A DNA stretch of 64,000 bases from Eledone cirrhosa (Eukaryota): positions 29,140,001 through 29,204,000 of the forward strand of contig OZ024741.1 in NCBI GenBank assembly GCA_964016885.1, written 5' to 3'. The position numbers and the translations under genes were made by a program. Every line of letters begins with the position of its first letter. Within the stretch, counting starts at the first letter, position 1. The notes under the pieces were generated by a model that saw only the letters and a list, made by a program, of their open reading frames with translations, did no database searches and was not told where the DNA came from. Positions 43,069-55,834 of the stretch are shown one piece after another.

Positions 43069-43568
43069 TTCTTCTCTGCTCTTTACGCCTTACATCCACT
43101 ACGATTTTTATTACTCTCTGAACTAACTTTCTGTACCCTTATATTCTTTTTCTCCCTTATCTCCTCTTATTTTTAAACTTTTTCTTATGTTATTTATTTT
43201 CCTTATTCCCACCTACGCTCTACGTTATCCTTTACATAACCACCTTTTTTATTTTTAGATATTTATTTCTGTGTGTATGTATATTTTATGTATATGTTTA
43301 TATATGTATATATATATGTATGTATATATGTGTATATAATTATATATATGTGTATGTATATGTATGTGTATATATATATGTGTGTGTGTCTATATGTGTG
43401 TGCGTGTATTTTTATTATCGTAGTGATGTAACTTTTTGTATATATGTGTGTGTGTGTATATTAGTGTGTGTGTATATATATATATATATATTTAAATATA
43501 TATATATATATATATGTAAGTATGTATGTATACGTACATACATATATGTATACAGACGTACAGTAGCA

Positions 43569-43607
<39 letters not shown>

Positions 43608-43800
43608 GCAGGTACACATACATATATGCACGCATCAGTTTAGCGGACGCTTATTATAACGCCGTTTTGTTCGTTTGTAAACAAACTGAACAGCCTGAAT
43701 TTATGCCATACGGTGTTAAGGCAACCACGTCACCTTTTTGTTCAACACTGACACAGGAACGATGTACTAGTTTCAAGATTGTTAGCTATCATCAGCACCG

Positions 43801-43955
43801 TATACCCATCTGCCAGATAGTTGAACGTTCGAAAGTATATACTTTCCTTATGAAAATTAACGGCTGAGCAGCCTAATTTGCATATTGAGCGAGTTAAATC
43901 GGTCAGGCATACCGAAAACGATAAGTTGAAAAAAACTATCTGGCAGATGGGTATA
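43801..43955. mobile_element. 155-bp MITE-like element
   Basis: Perfect 22-bp terminal inverted repeat TATACCCATCTGCCAGATAGTT, including the outer TA. Confidence 0.6.
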
Positions 43956-44262
43956 CCGACCAATCAAAATTGTTTTGACCACAAGAATTTTTGCAACACG
44001 AACTGGCGCGAAACTTATTTTAATACCGCTGGAGCCACTTTCTTCGCATAAAAACAGGTAGAATTCCCAAAACTAATCAGATCAGAGCAAACATCACGGA
44101 CGCTCTATCTCAAAATTATTTTTGAAAAGCATTAGAAATGCTCAACCGGTAAAACTTAAAACCAAAATTCAATACTAATCAATACTATTACTAATTCTCA
44201 CTTATTCCTAATTAAACTATTTTTCACTGTGAACAATTTGTCAGCATTTTCTTTTCCATTTA

Positions 44263-44334
<72 letters not shown>

Positions 44335-44374
44335 TTCAAAATATTAACAAAATAGATATTCTTGTTTTCAAGTA

Positions 44375-44441
44375 TATTTTATTATACATATTTCAGAGGC
44401 AATGAGTTAACTTCAACAGTATGTCCTCATCAGATAAAATA
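44375..44441 (-). ncRNA. Type I hammerhead ribozyme
   Basis: Minus strand: TATTTTAT CTGATGA GGA..TCT GAAA TATGTA TA ATAAAATA, in a ~200-bp island between (TA)n tracts. Confidence 0.7.
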
Positions 44442-44535
44442 AGATGATGCTTACCCTGACATTAAGATTCAGTCATGGTAGTCATCTATTGTAAAACTCA
44501 TTCTTTGATTTATTCATTGAATCTTGTTTAATCTT

Positions 44536-44578
<43 letters not shown>

Positions 44579-44580
<2 letters not shown>

Positions 44581-46189
44581 ATTAAAATACTGGAGCGTGT
44601 TGGAGTTAAACACCCTCTTCGTATTATAGAAATGACAGTAAAAGGTATAGCTCAATGTAATTAAACAGAGCCGAAGAATTATGAAAATAAAACAAAGAAG
44701 CCTTCAATACATCAACAGTCTTTATTAGCCAACAATGTTTCGTCCTATTAAGGACTCATCATGGCAATCAAAGCCACAAGAAGTACTATCGGCCAATACA
44801 AGCCGAAAACTCCTAAGAATATGGAGTGTACATACACTAAAGTATTGGAAGATTATGGGTAAAAATATATAATAAAAATCACTAAGGAGGTGGATAACAT
44901 TTGAACCATATTACAAATATAGTCCAAAACAAAAAACTAGAGCTAAACAATGCTGGTTATATAGAGCGGAAATTATAGTACTATATATAATACAATATAA
45001 TATAATATAATATACTTGTAACAATATTAAAATTAAAAATTAAAATTAAAAGGCACAATATACATATGTATATATGTACGCACACGTACGCACATATACA
45101 TATACATCAATACACATTTCCATCATTAACAGCACAAATTAAACCTTATTAAGAGTTTAAATATAAATAAGCATAATAGGAATAAAAATAATAATAATAC
45201 GTATATTTATTATATACAGTATAACATGAAGTAATGAAATGGTTAAAAGTAACACATATAATATATAATAAACTATATAATTATATAATATATAATATAA
45301 TATAATATAATAGATAATCTCCGGTTACTTTACACAAACAATATAGATGTCACAATAATACTATAATAATAATATAATAATATATAATATATAATGGCAT
45401 GTAAGTTAACAAATCAATTCATATAGAGTTACAGAGTAGGTGAGAAAAAAATATAAATTGTACAATACCCAAAATTATGATGGTACAAAATATAAACATC
45501 TTACATGATATATAAAATTTAACATATCATAATGGTACATATAATCATCGGTAAGTAATAAGGATCAATAGTACAATAACAACTTCAATACAAAATAATG
45601 AACATAATATAATATATAATTACTTATAATTACAAGGTTGGTAAACAGACACATATGTGAATGAGTGAATAAGGGCCAGAAAGAAAATACTATGCACAGT
45701 AGTATTAATAAATAAATAAATAAAATCAACCGGAAATTAAAAAACAAAAACAAAAGTATTTACTTAGGTCTCACATGCAGTTAAGTAAAAAACTTAGGAA
45801 ACAACCCGTGCCTTTTAATTTTAATTTTTAAATTTAATATTGTTACAAGTATATTATATTATATTATATTGTATTATATATAGTACTTTAATTCCCGCTC
45901 TATATAACCACCATTGTTTAGCTCTAGTTTTTTTTTGTTTTGGACTATATTTGTAATATGGTTCAAAATGTTATCCACCTCCTTAGTGATTTTTATTATA
46001 TATTTTTACCCATAATCTTCCAATACTTTAGTGTATGTACACTCCATATTCTTCGGAGTTTTCGGCTTGTATTGGCCGATAGTACTTCTTGTGGTTTTGA
46101 TTGCCCTGATGAGTCCTTAATAGGACGAAACATTGTTGGCTAATAAAGACTTTTGATGTATTGAAGGCTTCTTTGTTTTATTTTCATAA
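44579..46189 (-). mobile_element. Nested fold-back PLE-end insertion with ~378-bp arms
   Basis: Arms 44679-45056 / 45808-46189, tail 44579-44678, hammerhead in each arm. It sits in a (TA)n of the larger PLE's 3'UTR. Confidence 0.8.
46103..46140 (+). ncRNA. Canonical minimal type I hammerhead ribozyme
   Basis: GCC CTGATGA GTCCT-TAAT-AGGAC GAAA CATTG TT GGC. The mirror copy at 44728-44765 has C3>A. Confidence 0.85.
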
Positions 46190-46537
46190 ATATATATATA
46201 TGTATATGTGTGTGTATATATGTGTGTGTATGTATATATTTATATGTATGTATGTGTATGTGTATATGTGTGTATTGCTTACCACGTGCGATTGTTTATT
46301 TATTTTTATTTGTGTCCTTTCCTGTATCGCTGTCAACTTAATAATAATTTTCATTTTCTTAATTCTTATTTTTTATTTTTTTATTTCTATGTGACGGCCT
46401 ATTGCATTATATGATTGTTCATTGATTTTTATTTTTTCTTATAATTATATGTGTGCGTACGTATGTAGGTATATATATCTATATATGATTGTGTGTATGT
46501 ATGCGTGTATATATGTGTGTATGAATGTGTGTGTATT

Positions 46538-46661
<124 letters not shown>

Positions 46662-46745
46662 TGTGTTTGTGTATTTATGTGTATGTGTATTTATGGATAT
46701 ATAAATATATATATAAATATATATGTATGTGTATATATGTATGTG

Positions 46746-46780
<35 letters not shown>

Positions 46781-46928
46781 ATGTATATGTGTGCGTGTGT
46801 GTGTGCATATGTGTTTAGCTATTTTTATTTTTATTCTTTTTCCTTTCCTACTTCTTTCTCCAGCCTCACTTTCATATATATTATATCTTTGTTTTTGAAA
46901 TCCACTGTCAATAAATACACCAGGATTT

Positions 46929-46988
46929 TTTCATTCTGATGACTGAAAGCAAATTTGTTTGCTTTCAAGAAACCACTGGCAAATGAAA
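46929..46988 (+). ncRNA. Hammerhead motif at the 3' end of the large PLE (cleavage-site U mutated)
   Basis: TTTCATT CTGATGA C-TGAAAGCAAA/TTTGCTTTCA-A GAAA CCACTGG CA AATGAAA. The mirror copy at ~39843-39902 keeps GGTA but has TTGATGA and GTAA. Confidence 0.7.
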
Positions 46989-47029
46989 TATTTATCTTAT
47001 GTTGTTTATTACATAACTAAATTCAACTT

Positions 47030-47500
47030 TTTATCTCCTACGGGCCCGCATTAGGTGAAAAACTGCGTTGTTTAACATTTTTTGGGGCTTTTTGAGGCGT
47101 TACGTCAGACCGATTTCCTTGAAATTGTAACTATGTATTAGTCAGTCTCTTCTTCATACCGTAAGCAAAGAAAATCCAACTTTCTTATGGCATTAGGTGA
47201 AAAACTTCATTTCTTCAGCTTCTTAGGGCTTTTTGGAGGCGTTGCGTCTAGCCGATTTACCCGAAATTTCAATGCATATTATGCACATAAAAAAATTCAT
47301 TTTCTTGATCCCCTAGGGCCCGCATTAGTTGAAAACATGCACTTTTCCTCCTTCATCGAGGAAAATCTTAAAGATTATCCAGCCATCAGAGTATTCGGTT
47401 TATTTTCTTTACATATTGTCCCGGAATGCAGTTTTTAGGTCTATTGGCGGCCCGCGTTCCAAAATACCTTATCCCTTGCAACGCCGAGTACCACTGCTAG
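47030..47500 (+). mobile_element. Possible non-autonomous Helitron 3' portion
   Basis: Ends CCCTTGCAACGCCGAGTACCACTG-CTAG-T (degenerate subterminal hairpin + CTAG). Internal repeats of GCATTAG.TGAAAA. Confidence 0.5.
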
Positions 47501-47517
47501 TATATATATATATATAT

Positions 47518-47707
47518 AACGAAGGAAGTGTGGTAAGGACCATAACGCACCAGAGTACTCGATACTTTGGGTAGTAGAGTGGGTAATTGGAAAAGAGTTA
47601 GGGTTCCGACGGCAGGGCTCACGCCATTTCGACGGCTATTTCTATGAGTCCAGAAATAGCCGTAGAAATGGCTTGAGCTCTGCCGTCGAGGTCCTGACTA
47701 TTTTCCT
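47518..47707 (-). mobile_element. Fold-back PLE-end module; same family at 52598-52710 (minus), ~53373-53415 and 61878-62117 (plus)
   Basis: Arms ~47589-47643 / 47652-47706. The tail ACGAAGGAAGTGTGGTAAGGA..CCATAACGCACCAGAGTACTC is shared with 52598 and 62030-62117. Confidence 0.7.
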
Positions 47708-47715
47708 ATATATAA

Positions 47716-47835
<120 letters not shown>

Positions 47836-48957
47836 GGGGAGAGAGAGAAAGAGAGAGAGAGATCCATTTAAGTGTTGCTGAACATGAGAACGAGTTCTCA
47901 GTGATACTCAGGAGATTCCATGCCACCAGTTCCTCAAATATTTCAAGCTTCAATCAACTTTGAACTGTTTGAAGAATTGCACCATATCTCGATTTGTTCA
48001 GCTATACAAAATATTAAATTCCACAGTCACGCCAAATATGAAATTAGAAATAATTATTCGACGATGGTAAAACTATATTATCTCAATGATTAATATTGTT
48101 TTAATAATCTCGGCAAATATCTGAGATAGCGCCAAACATGTTTCGCTTTCAATAGAACTTCAAAGGTCTTCTAGACGCAGTGCGGATAATATCACAAATT
48201 AGATTTAAGATATTGTACATATAGAAGATTTAAAAGGTACCATATTTACTCAGATACATCATTCAAGGTAAATAACACGGATATGTTCTCGACACGCAGA
48301 GAAATTGTTAACTTATTGCTAAGCTATTAATGTAGAAATAATAATGTGAGGATGTTAATAAAACATAAGTTCAATAGCTAATAATATTTCAATCATTTAA
48401 GAAAATATAGGAGATAACTTGGGACATGTTTCTGTTTATTAGATCTTTTTAGATAAGTATAGACTTCAGAGTACCTAATGGTGAAGTAGTGATGACAAAA
48501 TAAAATTAAAATACATATGCAACATTTGACCACAAAAAATTAACATTTTTTTAATAAATGCATAAAAATTAAAGCTGAACATCTCATCAGTCTGGAAATA
48601 TAAGGTCGGGTTACGCTTATCAACTCTCCTACGGGGATTAAATGCTTAAAAAGCATCCATTTATTCATAGCTTCCGTTCATTTCCATAGCATTATTCAAT
48701 ACTTACACCCTTTATCTCTCGTCTCTCATTCTCTCTCTCTCTCACTTTCATGTCTTTTCTTTAGTATATATCAACGATTTTTCCCCTTTTCTTGTTCAAT
48801 TCCAGACATTTCATTCATCCATTCATCCATTCGCTCGTTCCTTCATTCATTCATTCATGTTTTTTTAATTTTATATATCCAAATGGCTTTCATATTTTTA
48901 TCTATGTATCTATCGATCTTTCCAGTCTTCTACACACACATAACTACCCAACCACCC

Positions 48958-49046
<89 letters not shown>

Positions 49047-49184
49047 CATGCATGCATACAAATAAACACACGCATGCATATATATATACATACATACCCC
49101 TATACACACACACACATACACACACACACATATATATGTATATATATATATATATAAATATATATATATTTTCTATACCTTTCA

Positions 49185-49259
<75 letters not shown>

Positions 49260-49373
49260 ATATATATATATATATAATATCCATAATGATCTATATAATT
49301 CTTTGACTTTCCTTTTACACCACCTCTTTTTCGTATTCTATAAAAAAACTAATGATCGATTATTTTGAAATCA

Positions 49374-49514
<141 letters not shown>

Positions 49515-50764
49515 ACATATATATATAATACTTTCATTTATATATATATATATATAAATTTGTATGAGTATGTGTGTGTGTATGTGAGTGTCTGTGTGTG
49601 CAAGTGTATGTTTATACGTATGTGTATACATGTTTGCATGATCTCTGTAATCAGCCTTTGAACGTCGTTCAAAATCCATCATTTTAAATATTCAGAGGCA
49701 TATGAGCGTAAATTTCACACACTCACACATACACACATACATACACACGTACGCACACACACGCACACACACGCACACATACACACACACGCGCATACCC
49801 ACACACTCACCCATACACACACGAACCACACACACACACACACACACTTATATATATATGAAATATTGCGAGATGCTTGCGTATGTGTGTTTTTAATTAA
49901 AATATAGGTAATTCACCTAACTATTATGCATACATACATCCATTCTCTGTTAAATATTGATTTTCTTTGAATTTCTCGGGGCATATGTTGCTTCAATAAT
50001 TCATATCAGTAGTTTGTTGAAAGTTGTGAAACTACCAAACTTTGTTGGAAATATTCGTACTTCCGTTTGTTGCAGGGATTCGTACACCAACGTTTATTTT
50101 CAAAGGTGATCTTACTTCACGTGATTCGTAGGGAGTTTATACTGGAATGGATTAGCAAGGCTGACCGGCAGAGAGGTGGTTTATTTTTATATACATGTAC
50201 TGCTCACAAGTACATGAGCAGCTGGAGATATTTAGTTTTAAAACATTTTTAAATCAAATCCAATATGGCTGTCGTTTCTCCTCATATTCTCTTTCCGATT
50301 GATGTGTTTTTTTTATCCTTCGCTTTTTCCTCAACGTCATCGTTCACCTCTTCCTCCTCCTCCTCCTCCTCCTCCTCCTCCTCCTCCTCCTCCTCCTCCT
50401 GCCCCATCCTCCTCTTCAACCTCTTCCCTCACCATCATCACCATCATTTCGAACTTGCACGGATATGAATATGACTTGTCCTCCACCCATCTTGATCATT
50501 CATGGCATGTGTCAGTTGTTCTCTGTAAAACCCAGTATCGTCTGCTAACTGATTGACGTACGTCTATGTATGGTTTTCGTCAATTGTTAGTTGCCCATGG
50601 TAGTGTGTTACCAACCTATTGCTTCTTACTTCACCACCTGTTTCCAATAAAACAAACACTTCTGTTTCTCATAGTGTCTAATATATTAGTTAACCTATAA
50701 TATGAAATGTTTGTGGTAGAGCGTTCTTTATAGGGCACATTCAAAAATAGCACGAATCCTGTAC

Positions 50765-50957
50765 ATATCGGTTGAAGGATTCGTAGGCTGACCAAGATAC
50801 TCTCATGAAATGACCAAATGAGGTTTATTTTTCAACATAGTCCCAGGAAACAAACAACGCAAGTATAAATAAGAAGCGTTGAAATTAATGCATTTAAGAT
50901 TTCACAGCTTTAGCATCACTCCTTCATAGTCAGCTTATCAAATTTTCAGCCCGTACA
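50765..50957. mobile_element. Tc1/mariner-type MITE (uninterrupted homolog of 14686-15080)
   Basis: TAGGCTGACCAAGATACTCTCA..CAAATGAGGTTTA..CAACATAGTCCC..AATAAGAAG.GTTGAAATTAATGCA..TCATAGTCAGC. Confidence 0.7.
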
Positions 50958-51019
50958 TATATATATATATATATATATATATGTAGAGATAGAGAGAGAG
51001 ATGTATATATATATATATA

Positions 51020-51145
<126 letters not shown>

Positions 51146-51168
51146 TATAAATACATGTATATATACAT

Positions 51169-51202
51169 ATGGTCATTGCTTTATAAACACACACATACGC
51201 CC

Positions 51203-51252
<50 letters not shown>

Positions 51253-51286
51253 GGGCGTATGTGTGTGTTTATAAAACAATGACCAT
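51169..51286. repeat. Palindrome with 36-bp arms around a (TA)n centre
   Basis: ATGGTCATTGCTTTATAAACACACACATACGCCCGT-(AT)n-ACGGGCGTATGTGTGTGTTTATAAAACAATGACCAT. Confidence 0.85.
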
Positions 51287-51537
51287 TCACAATTGAAACC
51301 TGTGCCTTAGGCAACGGACAATTGAGAAATACTGATGATAAGAAGAGAGAGAGAGAGAAAGAGAGAGAGGGAGACAGATCTACTTACAGAGACAAACTGA
51401 TAGAGATCTTGATAAGGTGCTGACTCGTGTATATTAAATTGTACAAACTATCAATTCGAATATTTTACGTGGCTTTGTTTATTCACTCACCAACAAAAAT
51501 TAGTGATATTAAAGCTTAAAGTCATATAACACATGCT

Positions 51538-51638
<101 letters not shown>

Positions 51639-51664
51639 ACATATATATATATATATATATATAC

Positions 51665-51696
<32 letters not shown>

Positions 51697-51726
51697 CATA
51701 CATATAAATGCATATATATATATATA

Positions 51727-51784
<58 letters not shown>

Positions 51785-51994
51785 CATCTATATATACATA
51801 TATATATTTACATTGTGATTCATGTAATCATGTAATCAAGGAACGTAAACACTTTGGTGTCTGGTTGTGGTTAGTTAGTTCTTAAGAAAGGTCCATGAAC
51901 GGGAAGCCGTCTTGTAATAGCTGAAGGATATTCAAAATGTCTAAATTAAAAGAAAGAGGCCGAACTACTTCGATGCTTCTACAAGGCCGATCGA

Positions 51995-52258
51995 TCTGCT
52001 AGAAATGGCGTCCACAAAATGGTTTCCAGATACTATGCCTCTAAAATCTGCCTGCTAGAAATGGTTTCCAGATACTATGCCTTTATATTGTATCTGCTAG
52101 AAATGGTTTCCAGAAACTACGACTCTAAAAATCTACCTGCTAGAAATGGTTTCCAGAAACTACGACTCTAAAATCTACCTGCTAGAAATGGTTTCCAGAA
52201 ACTACGACTCTAAAATCTACCTGCTAGAAATGGCTTTCAGAAACTACGACTTTAAAAT
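51995..52258. repeat. ~41-bp minisatellite, about 6 units
   Basis: CTGCTAGAAATGGTTTCCAGAWACTAYGMCTCTAAAATCTAC is repeated. Confidence 0.9.
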
Positions 52259-52517
52259 CAAGAGAGATACGTTTGACAATATCATTCTTTTATATATAAA
52301 GACATGAATGTCATGGTTGGAATGTTTTTGATCATAGGTGTGGGTGATCAGATTCGACTTGGGGATAAACAAAAACAACCACATCGAGGGAGCTTCAAAT
52401 ACGATCAAGAACAGAAACTATGTGTCAAATAGATAAGCGATCCATACTTGACGTAGCATCCAAATGTTCCTCAAATCTGAATGAGAAGAAAGCCACAATG
52501 GAAAATATGATCTGATA

Positions 52518-52601
<84 letters not shown>

Positions 52602-52733
52602 GAAGTAAGTGTGGTAAGGAACCAGGTGGGCCATAACGCACCAGAGTACTCGACACTTAGGGTAGTAGAGTGGGTAATAGGAAAAGAGTCAGGATCCTGT
52701 CTCGTTTCCTATATATATATATATATATATATA

Positions 52734-53272
52734 TTAAGATAAGCAGAACAAGTAAAATTCAATCAATTTTTCAAAATACATTAAAAAATATAATATAAAT
52801 ATTTACCTCTTCTAGTGGCCCTTACTGATCAGTTTCGCTTTGTAAAACCTCATAAATCCGATGGATTCATGATGGAAAACCAAAGCTCATCAGAGAAGCA
52901 TTTTCCCATCCTAGGGCTAAACGTCCCAGGAACGACAAAATATACAACCTCCTGCCAGCTAATAAAGGTCTGAAAGGTCGTAAAAGAGACCCGTATGTAA
53001 ACTGGACCGAAGTAAAAGCGGGAAAATCAAAGACTTGCTGTCTACAATTACTACTAAAGAAATAGCAGCCTAGTAAAGCAACAGATTTGTTCTCAACGGA
53101 CGGAGAAAAAGGTATAAGTTAATATGTCCAGGGATACTAGGTACCCCTAGAAATACATAGGTTGTCTATGATTCAGGGTTGTTCAATGGTGTTAATTTGA
53201 TACACCAGAACTTTAATATTAAGATAAGCAGAACAAGTAAAATTCAATCAATTTTTCAAAATACATTAAAAA

Positions 53273-53282
<10 letters not shown>
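52734..53282 (-). mobile_element. ~485-bp non-coding hammerhead-bearing unit with ~63-bp terminal direct repeats (mini-PLE / retrozyme-like)
   Basis: TTAAGATAAGCAGAACAAG..AAAAAATATAATATA at 52734 and 53219, hammerhead inside, homologous to the 19110-19390 element, (TA)n flanks. Confidence 0.7.
52819..52897 (-). ncRNA. Type I hammerhead ribozyme (intact core)
   Basis: Minus strand: TTCT CTGATGA GCTTTG..CAAAGC GAAA CTGATCAG TA AGGG. Palindromic stem III ACTGATCAGT, GTA triplet. Confidence 0.8.
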
Positions 53283-53308
<26 letters not shown>

Positions 53309-53889
53309 CATATATATATATATGTATATTAAAAGAATAAAATATAAAAGAATTAAAATATATATATATATATGAAAAAATTCAGGACCCCGACGGCTGA
53401 GCTCCGGCCGCCTCAACAGCTAGATCCGAACTAAAGCGTCAGTATTCGAAAGGCGGGAATCTAGTGGGATTTGAACTGAGAATGTTAAGACCCAAACCAA
53501 ATATCACAAAGATGTTTGCTCAACATTCTGAAATCTGTTACCCTGGACAAGTACTATCGATGCCAAAAGGATAAAATATAAAACTGATCCCGTTGGAACA
53601 CAGAATGTAAAGACAAAACATAATACCAAGCCTTCGAACAATTCTACCAATTCACCGCTTAACATGACAAAAAAGAATAAAAAAAAATGTACCACAAGAA
53701 AGAAGATATCTTAGACATATATAATTTTGCTGGTCTGAATCTAAATAAGCTTGTTACATTTCTTTATCAAGTCATGTTTAAGTCTGGCCGACAATTTAAA
53801 TTCTAAAACCTCAAATAATTTTATATATATTAGAGTATGTTAGAAAGACATAATCATAGCTTGGTTTAAATTACTTATCTACTTTGTCT

Positions 53890-54165
53890 CAGACATATCG
53901 CTCTTTTAGAGTCCTGCGGTTGTCAGCTTACATACAGCTGCCTTGGTAACACATTTTCCTAGTAGAAATATCTCGTTGAAAATACCCACCATGTTCATCG
54001 CTTACTGCACCCAGAGTTTCTTGAAAACAGTCCAAATGAGGGCCAAAAGTTTCAGAATAGCTTTCGGTCTTGTGATTTCCCGAAAAGTTTGCAGTTATAT
54101 TTGAAACTTCGCTACATAATTCCCTAATAATTGTTTCATCTGAAGACCTACAAAAATGCTTTCTC
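53890..54165 (-). pseudogene. C-terminal relic of a Chapaev3-like transposase
   Basis: IFVGLQMKQLL and PHLDCFQETLGAVSDEHGGYFQRDISTRKMCYQG match GIFVGPQIR and SHLDFFPENLGAVSDEHGERFHQDI..RYQG. Confidence 0.7.
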
Positions 54166-54704
54166 TAATATTGGCATCAATGATTATTCAGAAAATTTAT
54201 AAATAGTAGTAATGGTGGTTGTAGTGTTGTTGGGTGTTGTTGGTGGTCGTACTTGGATGTAATTTAAGTCGTGGTCGTAATTGTGTCGGGGGTAGAGGAC
54301 ATCATTATTGCATTGAGTTGTTGACGGTTAGGAACATTCACCGAACGGAATCTAAGATATATAATGATAATTCTAAGAAAGACCTGCTGGGAAACACAGT
54401 AATCATTCCTGGTGATATAACAAACTGCTGGATACATAAAGATGCACCATTTGCACCGAGAGTCACTCATTAGTTTCTAAATTGGTTAGATTGGCAAAGT
54501 TAAGGAAGTGTGGCGGTGGAGAAAAATGGAGGAATTAGTAGAAGTAACAGGAAGTACCTGGATGTAAGGGAGACGGAAAGAAAAGATAGGAAGTGGGTGA
54601 GAGACTAAGAGAAATCAAGGGGATAACATCCTGTAACCTGTACTTGTGTTGCCAATACTTTGTTGGATATTTTAGTGTCTTTCAGCATTATCTAATCTCT
54701 CTCT

Positions 54705-54807
<103 letters not shown>

Positions 54808-55273
54808 ATACATTTATATATATATACATACATATATATATACATATACACACACATACACACACACAAGTACATATACATATAGATATATATACATATA
54901 CATATATATATATATATACACACATATATATATATGCATATATATATATATATATGTATACAAATATACACACACATGCACACATACATGTGTATGCACG
55001 TGTGTATGTGTGTTTACGTATTTGTCTAAATATTTGATGACATACAATCCTTCTTTTTTTGGCGTGTTCTTTGCAAGAACAGCAGGAAAGTCGTAGAAGC
55101 CGGGGACTCTCCATATTTCTACATTCTTATAGTGGCTATCATTACAAATATACATACATACACATCCACACACATACATATGTACGCAGATTCACTGATT
55201 CACGCACACATTTTTACAGAGGCGTACATAATATACTATACAAGCATATCTCTTTTATATATATATACATCTA

Positions 55274-55373
<100 letters not shown>

Positions 55374-55470
55374 TATATGTATATACATATATATATGTAT
55401 ATATATGTATATGTATATATATACATGTGTATGTGTGAATGTGTTAGTGTGTATATATATATATATATAT

Positions 55471-55533
<63 letters not shown>

Positions 55534-55674
55534 ATGCAGTTATGTCCTTCATAACGTCCTTCATTGGATTTCTACCAATATACACACTGATGTATGTTCA
55601 TGACCACACACACCTACGCGCACCACCACATATATATATATATACGTTGCATATCTATACATTCTAGCATAAGT

Positions 55675-55713
<39 letters not shown>

Positions 55714-55735
55714 TATATATATGAAAAATAAGTTT

Positions 55736-55770
<35 letters not shown>

Positions 55771-55776
55771 GAAAAA

Positions 55777-55825
<49 letters not shown>

Positions 55826-55834
55826 TGTATGTAT

